Virus record (IMG/VR): IMGVR_UViG_3300030095_000676
Location: 1-43,548 of that record
Reading direction: 5' to 3' (one strand)
Length of the DNA stretch: 43,548 bases
From: a virus
Lineage: Duplodnaviria > Caudoviricetes
In this document: positions 9,378 through 16,071 of the stretch, one piece after another
How the letters are laid out: every line of letters begins with the position of its first letter
Numbering within the stretch: position 1 is the first letter of the stretch
Position numbers and translations under genes: made by a program
Notes under the pieces: generated by a model
The model's input: only the letters and a program-made list of their open reading frames with translations
Database searches by the model: none
What the model was told of the DNA's origin: nothing

Positions 9378-9813
9378 TTTCTTTCATCTTTGCTACCTTT
9401 TCTACTAAAGTATTTATAGCTTTAGCATCTTCAGGTCTTTGTTTAAATCTACCTAACAAATAAGTAATCAACATAGGTATACCAATTAACGCAATACCTA
9501 ATGCTAATACTATTTCCCAAGCGTGTGCTAGTAATTGGTCAAATGCTACTAGTGCCATTTGCCAAGGATTTTCAACTTCCTTTATTGTTTCTGCTGATAA
9601 AGACTTAGATTCACCTATTAAAGCTGCACCAGCTAATCCTCCTACAACTGCACTTCCAGCAACACCTGCTGCACCTAAACTAGGAAGTACTGTTGTTGTT
9701 ACTGCTGCTACACCTGCAGAACCTGCCGTTGTTGCTATATCAGAAAAGTCTACATTCTTAAAAAAACATCCTGATAAAAATAAACAACTACTTAATATTA
9801 AAACTCTAATCAT
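9370..9813 (-). CDS. Lipoprotein with glycine zipper and C-terminal transmembrane helix (spanin candidate)
   Basis: Signal peptide with LSGC lipobox; Gly/Ala-rich GxxxG segment; hydrophobic IVLALGIALIGIPMLITYLLG. Confidence 0.6.
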   Translation of the reverse strand: MIRVLILSSCLFLSGCFFKNVDFSDIATTAGSAGVAAVTTTVLPSLGAAGVAGSAVVGGLAGAALIGESKSLSAETIKEVENPWQMALVAFDQLLAHAWEIVLALGIALIGIPMLITYLLGRFKQRPEDAKAINTLVEKVAKMKEND

Positions 9814-10055
9814 ATTTTTCTAAACTTTGCTGTTTGTTTTGCAATCGACTTGGGTTGCTTCACAAACTGTTTGCCCTTTTTTGTTCCTTCTTTTTTCGCT
9901 TTCGTTGTTGCCGCATACTGGGCAGATGTCAATGATTTTATCGCTGCTGTGGGTAAGTATCTTTCGCCTGTTTGCTTGGATGGCTTCCCTGATTTTGTTC
10001 GCCATTTTTGTTTCCCCCATGATACTAATGATTTTTGTGATTTTTTTAATGACAT
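9810..10055 (-). CDS. Small basic protein (SQKSL..W..QKWRTKSG...RYLP family)
   Basis: Very Lys-rich; start and stop coupled to both neighbours. Confidence 0.75.
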   Translation of the reverse strand: MSLKKSQKSLVSWGKQKWRTKSGKPSKQTGERYLPTAAIKSLTSAQYAATTKAKKEGTKKGKQFVKQPKSIAKQTAKFRKI

Positions 10056-10369
10056 TATTTTGTAAACTGGTCCTTTATACTTCTAATTACACTCTTTAAA
10101 TCAAAAGGTTTTTCATTCGGTCTATATGGACATTGATACTGTCTTGGACATTCACCTGCACCATATGGAACATACTCTCTATACTGTGTATGATTTGCCC
10201 CAACAAATACACACACTCTCTGTTCTTTAGTTAAAAGTTGACTTGCTAATCTACAAGTTGTCATTTTCTTTTTGTCATCTTTTGTAAAAGCAACAACAGA
10301 AAATAAAATACTAAAAACTATAATAATTAAAACTATTAAACAGAAACGCTGATTAACCATAACATCCAA
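10055..10369 (-). CDS. Membrane-anchored/exported Cys-rich protein
   Basis: N-terminal hydrophobic helix, then TCRL...CVF...ECPRQYQC. Confidence 0.65.
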   Translation of the reverse strand: MDVMVNQRFCLIVLIIIVFSILFSVVAFTKDDKKKMTTCRLASQLLTKEQRVCVFVGANHTQYREYVPYGAGECPRQYQCPYRPNEKPFDLKSVIRSIKDQFTK

Positions 10370-10815
10370 CCTAACGCACTACAACCTACTAAACAAGCTA
10401 TACCCATAATAGTATAATCTCGTATTTGTCTATTTCTCGCTTCACGTTGATATATTGCTTGGCTTCTAGCTTTTCTTATTCTACCTTCTTCTTTTAATAA
10501 ATCATCCCATGCTTGTAAGCCATAGTTACCAATTAAAAAATTTCTTAATTCTTCTCTTTGTTTTTCAAGTTTCTTACGACTACTATAAGATTCCATTGCA
10601 ACTTGTTCAATTGAACCGTTGAATAATTTATCTAGTGTTGACGGGTTGTTTGCATTTTTATGTATATTATCTACATCACTAACAGCAGACATCCACGTTG
10701 ATAATTGTGACCCTAAATCTTCAATCTCCTTACCCATTTGAATGGCTTTTTTTATACCATTGTAAGCAGCTGTTGCTCCTGAAACAGCAGCAGATAATGT
10801 AATTGGGTCTATCAT
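10336..10815 (-). CDS. Coiled-coil protein with C-terminal transmembrane helix
   Basis: MIDPIT...ATAAYNGIKK start, coiled coil, hydrophobic C-terminus. Confidence 0.7.
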   Translation of the reverse strand: MIDPITLSAAVSGATAAYNGIKKAIQMGKEIEDLGSQLSTWMSAVSDVDNIHKNANNPSTLDKLFNGSIEQVAMESYSSRKKLEKQREELRNFLIGNYGLQAWDDLLKEEGRIRKARSQAIYQREARNRQIRDYTIMGIACLVGCSALGWMLWLISVSV

Positions 10816-10994
10816 TTTTTATCTCTTGGTAAACAAACGGCAGTTACTTTTTCAAACTTACCATTATTTTTAGGAACACTATGCTGTCTACTTAATCTTT
10901 CTGCAAAATATTTACACCTATTAATATCTTCAAAAACTTGTGTCTTACTATATAAAGCTGTTCCTAAATAAACATAAAGAACAAATTCAATCAC
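10812..10994 (-). CDS. Small two-Cys protein with hydrophobic N-terminus
   Basis: 4-nt overlaps with both neighbours; FEDINRC...AVCLP. Confidence 0.65.
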   Translation of the reverse strand: MIEFVLYVYLGTALYSKTQVFEDINRCKYFAERLSRQHSVPKNNGKFEKVTAVCLPRDKK

Positions 10995-11995
10995 TTCTTT
11001 TTCTTTTTATTATCAGTGATTGATAATGTTAATCCTCCTTTTCGGAAATCATTTACACCTCTACTATTTTTTTTAACTAGCGTTCCCTTACTAGACCTTA
11101 CTATACTAGGCTGTCTTTGAACTGTTGTTCTTTTTTTAGGAGCAGCTCCTTTTTTCATTGCATCTTGAAATTTTTTCTGAAGTTCAAACTGTTCTTTTTG
11201 TGTTCCACCACGTTGAACTAAATCAAACATCTCTCTGCTTCTTTTTTGATTTAAGTCAAATGCAGCTCTTTCTTGAGGATTACCAAACTTATTAAACCCT
11301 CTTCTTTGGAAAGCCATGTCTACATTAAATAATCGTCTTTGAATATCTTTTTGAGACCTACCTCTTTTCATCATCCTGTCTCTAATATTTTTCATTCTTG
11401 CATCTCTTCGATTAGAGAAGTTCATCTGCTGTTTTTGTTGTTTAGTCAAACGTCTAGGTTGTTGTTGTTGTCGTTCTCGTATAGCTTTTATAGCTGATTT
11501 AGCATATTCAGGAAGTTCTTGTCTTGGCTGTTGTGGTCTACGAGTCATTAAAGCCCTTCGTTGAGCTTCTGATATTTGAGATAACTGACCTCTAGTTTTA
11601 GGGTCTCTTCTTGTCATACCACGTCTTGGCATATTAGCAAATCTTTCACTTAGTGTTTTTGCTGCATTTTTAAGTAAATCTTTTGGGGTTGGAGGTCTTC
11701 TTCTTGGTGTAGCACGTTTTGGTGCAGGTGTTGATGTTGTTGCAACACCTTGTGTTAGTTTTGCTCTTACGGGTCTAGGTTCAACTTGTTGAGCAGGCAT
11801 CATTGGAGAGGGAGTTTGTCTTCTTCTTCTACGTGTTGGTATAGGTGTTGGGGTTGGTCTACGTCTACGTCTTTGTTGTGGTTGATTTAAATTCTGCAAT
11901 TGTTTCATTATAGAACTTATTCTACTTTTATTATCATTTCGCATTGCTTCATCAAGCTGTCGTTCTAATATTGCTCTTGGAATTGGTCTGCTCAT
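10991..11995 (-). CDS. Arg/Pro/Gln-rich very basic low-complexity protein (334 aa)
   Basis: Poly-Arg runs (RRRRR twice), PT repeats, C-terminal DFRKGGLTLSITDNKKKKK; overlapping start and stop with neighbours. Confidence 0.75.
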   Translation of the reverse strand: MSRPIPRAILERQLDEAMRNDNKSRISSIMKQLQNLNQPQQRRRRRPTPTPIPTRRRRRQTPSPMMPAQQVEPRPVRAKLTQGVATTSTPAPKRATPRRRPPTPKDLLKNAAKTLSERFANMPRRGMTRRDPKTRGQLSQISEAQRRALMTRRPQQPRQELPEYAKSAIKAIRERQQQQPRRLTKQQKQQMNFSNRRDARMKNIRDRMMKRGRSQKDIQRRLFNVDMAFQRRGFNKFGNPQERAAFDLNQKRSREMFDLVQRGGTQKEQFELQKKFQDAMKKGAAPKKRTTVQRQPSIVRSSKGTLVKKNSRGVNDFRKGGLTLSITDNKKKKK

Positions 11996-12165
11996 CCTCT
12001 ATATCCTCCACCTTTTGCTTTATATTGTTTAGCTAACATCTGTGCTTTACGTGCTGACCATTGACCAGGATTACCTCCTTTACCACCAGCTTTTATTCTA
12101 TTAAATAAATTTTTACGCATTGTGGGTTTTGTATAGTTACCTGCTTTATTTACTGTACTTGCCAT
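11992..12165 (-). CDS. 57-aa basic peptide, GQWSARKAQ family (not in ORF track)
   Basis: MASTVNKAGNYTKPTMRKNLFNRIKAGGKGGNPGQWSARKAQMLAKQYKAKGGGYRG; TAATG overlap with the SET stop and ATGA overlap with the next gene. Confidence 0.85.
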   Translation of the reverse strand: MASTVNKAGNYTKPTMRKNLFNRIKAGGKGGNPGQWSARKAQMLAKQYKAKGGGYRG

Positions 12166-12548
12166 TATATTACTTCTTCTTTCCTTTTAGATAGTGAGGG
12201 TCTTGTTCCCCAATATTCTTCTCCATAGTCGTGAAATATTTCTTCACCTTTCTGAATGGGTTTAAGAGCAAAGAATCTAATAAATCTATTATCTTTTTCA
12301 TATACTTCCCACTCTGCATTGGGATTAGAATTATGGTTGTATACCATACCCATTCCGAGAACGATAAGAAAGTCGCTACAATTTTCTTCAGGGCAGTTGA
12401 AAGCATAGTCATGTAGGATACAATCTTCGCCCAAATCTTTTTCATCGATAATAAGATATGGGCAAAGTTCGATTGTATCGTTTGTTTTAAATTCTTTATT
12501 TGTGAAAACACCATGCTCGTGTATTTTTGAATCAGAAACATATAACAT
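12165..12548 (-). CDS. Minimal SET-domain protein-lysine methyltransferase
   Basis: SKIHEHGVF (GxG-like motif I), YNHNSNPNA (NHxxxPN), ALKPIQKGEEIFHDYGEEYW (GEELxxDY). Confidence 0.88.
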   Translation of the reverse strand: MLYVSDSKIHEHGVFTNKEFKTNDTIELCPYLIIDEKDLGEDCILHDYAFNCPEENCSDFLIVLGMGMVYNHNSNPNAEWEVYEKDNRFIRFFALKPIQKGEEIFHDYGEEYWGTRPSLSKRKEEVI

Positions 12549-12691
12549 TATTTCTTCTTCTTGAGCATACCTCCACCACGCATCTTCTTCTTTTTGGACA
12601 TTTTAGCCATGCCACCACCCATCATTTTTTTCTTCATCATGCCGCCGCCACGCATTTTCTTTTTTGCCATTTTTGCTTTACCCATTGCCAT
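12548..12691 (-). CDS. 47-aa Met/Lys/Gly repeat peptide (not in ORF track)
   Basis: MAMGKAKMAKKKMRGGGMMKKKMMGGGMAKMSKKKKMRGGGMLKKKK; AAGGAG RBS upstream; its TAA overlaps the SET ATG. Confidence 0.85.
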   Translation of the reverse strand: MAMGKAKMAKKKMRGGGMMKKKMMGGGMAKMSKKKKMRGGGMLKKKK

Positions 12692-13208
12692 TTCGTAGTC
12701 TCCTTCTATCTATGACTAAACTCTGATATACATCCTTCGGAAAGTTTGTATAGTACCCAGACTTTTCTAAACTAATAGAAGCATCATCAAGTAATGATAA
12801 CTTCTGTACAAAAACCATTGCATAGTATAAATTACTATCTGTTATGCCTTGGTCATCTAAAAAATCCAAACCTGCTTCTGTTGCATCATAGTCTGGATGA
12901 AACACCATTAGGTGCATATCTTTACCTAGCATAGATAATGTTTCATTAACACCATCACAAAATCCATCTAGGTATTCCATTTCGTATGGGTCTTCTTCTG
13001 CCCATATTACTATATCGTAGTCATGTGTATCAAAGTTTTTTATAACATCCATTAATCCATCAAGATGTGTATTTATAGAAAAGTCTACTTTGTTTTCAGC
13101 CCAAGCCTTTTTAGCATAAGGGCAAGGGGGTAATCCATTTAATTTAACACTTGGTATTTCTAAAAAGTTATTAGACCAATTGCGAATATCATTTTCGACT
13201 TTGTGCAT
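12678..13208 (-). CDS. Acidic hypothetical protein, DUF1415-like (CPYA...FHPD)
   Basis: GLPPCPYAKKAW and MVFHPDY motifs recall DUF1415; family call is tentative. Confidence 0.6.
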   Translation of the reverse strand: MHKVENDIRNWSNNFLEIPSVKLNGLPPCPYAKKAWAENKVDFSINTHLDGLMDVIKNFDTHDYDIVIWAEEDPYEMEYLDGFCDGVNETLSMLGKDMHLMVFHPDYDATEAGLDFLDDQGITDSNLYYAMVFVQKLSLLDDASISLEKSGYYTNFPKDVYQSLVIDRRRLRNGNG

Positions 13209-13500
13209 TTTTAATTTTTGTTTTTTTCTTTTGTTCTTCTATAAACTGTCTGTATACTTTTGCTGCACCTACTTTGCCTGCAACTCTTGCTCTCTGTTCC
13301 ATAGCTATTGCAGCTTGTGTTTTATGTGCGTGACTTCTACCTGACCTTTTTATTTTTGCTACAGACTCCCTAGCATCTTTTACTGTAGTAAACTTTAAAC
13401 CTTTTATCGTACCCCTTGGGTCTTCATCAGTATATAAGTCACTATGTTTTTTAGATTTTGCTGGTTGTCCTTTTTTTCTAGGTATTCTCTTTAAAGCCAT
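13189..13500 (-). CDS. Basic hypothetical protein (DLYTDEDP.GTI.GL.F motif)
   Basis: Lys/Arg-rich ORF in the operon. Confidence 0.75.
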   Translation of the reverse strand: MALKRIPRKKGQPAKSKKHSDLYTDEDPRGTIKGLKFTTVKDARESVAKIKRSGRSHAHKTQAAIAMEQRARVAGKVGAAKVYRQFIEEQKKKTKIKNAQSRK

Positions 13501-13507
13501 TTAGAAA

Positions 13508-13744
13508 CTAAACATCAAATCCCATTTTCTCTACAGCCTTCTTGCCCTTTTCAGATTTAGCAAGTTCTCTTAATCCACTGTTTGGTAATTTATCTTCAAC
13601 ACTACCCCCTGCAGAATACATATGTGTTTTATTATTTGCCATACCACCAGACATCATCTTAGCTTTTTGCATCTTATCTTTTAGTTTTTTCTTTGGCATT
13701 TTACCAATACCAATTGAAACAACTGTTACATCATCTTTAGCCAT
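13508..13744 (-). CDS. Small basic protein with GG motifs
   Basis: Likely start MAKDD at 13744 after a GGAGAGG RBS (track start 13786); contains MMSGGM and YSAGGSV. Confidence 0.7.
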   Translation of the reverse strand: MAKDDVTVVSIGIGKMPKKKLKDKMQKAKMMSGGMANNKTHMYSAGGSVEDKLPNSGLRELAKSEKGKKAVEKMGFDV

Positions 13745-14042
13745 ATTTTCCTCTCCTACTTTTTGGACTAGACTTCTTACTACCACCCTTACCTGCCCAT
13801 AAAAATTTACAAGACCAGTAACGTGCAGTCAGTTTATCAGATGCCGTATCACAATTATGCCTGGCACGAAATGATTTACGTGCAGCATCACTATAGTTGT
13901 GACCATAGCCTGTAGCTCCAAAGTGTATTAACTTTACTTTGTCTCCACTCTTTGCAAGTACCATGTATTTTTTACCCTCACGATTGGAAGGTTTAGGTTT
14001 GTTGTATCCTGAAAATTTAGTTCCACGATAGTCAATAGTCAT
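13737..14042 (-). CDS. Small basic protein (HFG..GY...RKSFRARHNC...YWSC family)
   Basis: Lys/Arg-rich ORF with AAGGA RBS; contains AARKS. Confidence 0.75.
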   Translation of the reverse strand: MTIDYRGTKFSGYNKPKPSNREGKKYMVLAKSGDKVKLIHFGATGYGHNYSDAARKSFRARHNCDTASDKLTARYWSCKFLWAGKGGSKKSSPKSRRGKYG

Positions 14043-14051
14043 ACAATATCC

Positions 14052-14264
14052 TTAACTGTCTTTCCAACCTTCAGCTTTCATAGCATCTTCTACTTCTTTC
14101 AAAGTAAACTTTCTGCCATAGTGTGCTTCTACAGCTTGTCGAACATAGAACACATCACTGTGAGGTATATGTAATTTATCTAAAGTATTGTTTTTAATAG
14201 CATCATAAAATGCAGTCAACACGTTATCTGTGTATAGTTTTACTGAATTTCTTGCCATTGTCAA
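14052..14264 (-). CDS. Hypothetical protein (HIPHSDVFYVR motif)
   Basis: ORF in the late operon; start uncertain. Confidence 0.65.
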   Translation of the reverse strand: MTMARNSVKLYTDNVLTAFYDAIKNNTLDKLHIPHSDVFYVRQAVEAHYGRKFTLKEVEDAMKAEGWKDS

Positions 14265-14279
14265 GGAAAATATTATAAA

Positions 14280-14489
14280 TCAAGTATTTTTACCTGATTG
14301 CTCACCTACATAGACACAAGTACTGTATCCATTTAAATACTGAGGGTCTTGTGTAACACTCGCTCTTACTTTGTTTATATAGTTATAACAACTATCTTGT
14401 GACGTAAATGGAAAATTGACCATAGGAAAATTAACCCACGTAGAAGTATTACCCAATGCCCATAAAATTGTTATTACAGGAATCCACAT
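14280..14489 (-). CDS. Small two-Cys protein with hydrophobic N-terminus
   Basis: First ORF after the minus-strand promoter; FTSQDSC...STCV. Confidence 0.6.
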   Translation of the reverse strand: MWIPVITILWALGNTSTWVNFPMVNFPFTSQDSCYNYINKVRASVTQDPQYLNGYSTCVYVGEQSGKNT

Positions 14490-14525
14490 ATTATTATCTT
14501 TCTTATTAATTGTTTATATTTAATG

Positions 14526-14698
14526 TAACATCTAATGTTTTTAACATCTTATTTCTTTTTTATATATATGTATAACATCTAATGTACTAGTTATAAGTAT
14601 ATTATAACCGATTTTATTCCTTTTGTCAACCCCCCTATGTAAAAATAATTTTACTCCTACTATATGTAGTATCACTTGTATATGTGGTTAACATCTTA
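14526..14698. repeat. Four copies of TAACATCTWA around the leftward promoter
   Basis: Copies start at 14526, 14542, 14573 and 14689. Confidence 0.65.
14601..14629 (-). promoter_or_regulatory. Consensus sigma70 promoter for the leftward operon
   Basis: Minus strand TTGACA (14629-14624), 17 nt, TATAAT (14606-14601). Confidence 0.85.
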
Positions 14699-14771
14699 TT
14701 TTCCCAATCTGTGTATTTCTGTGTATACGTAACGCCTGGTACCCCCAGTGGCTGTTGCCCACCCCTTGATT

Positions 14772-14810
14772 TTAACAACATTTAGTTAACTATTAACAAG
14801 ATTTAGTTAA
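14772..14810. repeat. Tandem 18-mer TTAACAASATTTAGTTAA, 21-nt period
   Basis: 14772-14789 and 14793-14810, one mismatch. Confidence 0.7.
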
Positions 14811-14851
14811 AAAATAATATTATTATAGCTATATGAATAAAATATATATTC

Positions 14852-15057
14852 TAAGTTATTGTTTTTATTAGTTAATTATCTATTAATTCAATAGTTATGT
14901 TATCAATTGTAGTTTATTAATTGTTTTATAAAGTTTTAAAAATGATACACCCCATAAAAATAGAAAGTAGGTGTATAAAAAATAAAATGGTCATCACCTA
15001 TTATTCCAATTGATAAAAAATAATCACCCCAAATTAATTAATAAAAACAATAACTTA
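14852..15057. repeat. Nested inverted repeats
   Basis: 26-bp arms 14852-14877 / 15032-15057 (1 mismatch); 10-bp arms 14900-14909 / 15007-15016; 7-bp arms 14945-14951 / 14970-14976. Confidence 0.8.
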
Positions 15058-15088
15058 TAAAATAGTTTAAAAAAAATTAAAATATCGC

Positions 15089-15118
15089 TTTACTTATTTT
15101 TTAAAGTGTGAGCATAAT
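15089..15118 (+). promoter_or_regulatory. Putative early sigma70 promoter
   Basis: TTTACT, 18 nt, CATAAT with an upstream A-tract. Confidence 0.5.
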
Positions 15119-15280
15119 ACAGTTATTGATTCCTTGAATTTGAATTGATACTGAAAATAAGATAATAAAAAACATAACAAAAAAGTTTTTTATAAACCGA
15201 GTGAAAGTAAGTTTGTTATCTTAGATTTTAAAAGACTTATAATAGATTTATAGACTTTTTAAAATCATTTAAAAAAAGTA

Positions 15281-15308
15281 TTGACTTAAAATGAGGATTC
15301 GATAACAT
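15281..15308 (+). promoter_or_regulatory. Putative early sigma70 promoter
   Basis: A-tract, TTGACT, 16 nt, TAACAT; just upstream of the structured region. Confidence 0.55.
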
Positions 15309-15346
15309 AAATTAAATAAGGTTTTACTTATACCTTATAATCGACA

Positions 15347-15570
15347 GCCCCTATTTGGCAATAAAATGAGTACGCTTGTAATCAATTGAGTGCATTGATG
15401 ATAGATGGAGGTCTATTCCTAACTTGACGAGGGTGCAGTGTGAGATGGTGAAGTAATAAAATCGTGAGATGTGCCATTGGATACCTATATGATAGTAACG
15501 CCTTGTCTAGGAATAGGAAGGTAGGAAAGGAATGTCTATCATATGGAAGAAAGATAGCCAAGGAAGGGGT
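15347..15570 (+). ncRNA. Candidate rod-like structured non-coding RNA
   Basis: Nested pairings: 15347-15359/15557-15570; 15398-15406/15534-15542; 15413-15421/15508-15516; 15426-15432/15501-15507; 15445-15450/15472-15477. GC-richer than flanks; no long plus-strand ORF. Confidence 0.6.
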
Positions 15571-15710
15571 GGAGTAAGCCAATTAGAAATTTATTGGCAA
15601 CTGTATTTATTACAAGGAAATCAAACTTATTGGGGTGACACTTACAAATCCCCTTTCTAAAAACGCTATGTATAATATTAATGCCATGCCCAGGATTTAG
15701 GGGGTAAAGT

Positions 15711-16016
15711 ATGATATTAGAAACATTAAATAGAAAGTATGTAGAGGATAGTAATGAAATACACAAAGGTAGTGTATATTCTATTAAAAGGCTACCCAAT
15801 TCAGTTAATGGGAATCCACGCTATGAAGTAGTAGTAAGGGATTTAAATAATGGGGGTATATATGAACTCACCACTAAAAGAGATGAGGGGTGGGTGTATG
15901 CAATCAATTGGCATAATTTACAAAATAAAACTATTCATTATACAATGGGGGGTAAAAGATACCCAAAATATATTACAATATTGTTTGATGAAGTAAGTGG
16001 AATAAAATTTGACTAA
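15711..16016 (+). CDS. Early hypothetical protein
   Basis: First plus-strand ORF, AGGGG RBS; NSVNGNPRY motif. Confidence 0.7.
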   Translation: MILETLNRKYVEDSNEIHKGSVYSIKRLPNSVNGNPRYEVVVRDLNNGGIYELTTKRDEGWVYAINWHNLQNKTIHYTMGGKRYPKYITILFDEVSGIKFD

Positions 16017-16037
16017 TTAATTTTAATGGGGTATGGT
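16009..16037 (+). promoter_or_regulatory. Putative sigma70 promoter
   Basis: TTGACT, 17 nt, TATGGT. Confidence 0.6.
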
Positions 16038-16071
16038 ATTAATATTGTACATAGTATAGGAGGTATATTTT

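Noticed and set aside
9820-10099. Three extra ORFs overlapping 9810-10055, one with CPVC
   Set aside because: Only the 9810-10055 frame is coupled to both neighbours and has a recognisable motif.
12170-12541. 123-aa alternative-frame ORF inside the SET gene
   Set aside because: No motifs or RBS; the SET frame holds all conserved motifs and both coupling junctions.
15382-15799. Minus-strand ORFs 15382-15582 and 15539-15799
   Set aside because: No RBS, opposite to the local promoters, overlapping a real gene; better explained as the antisense of a structured RNA.
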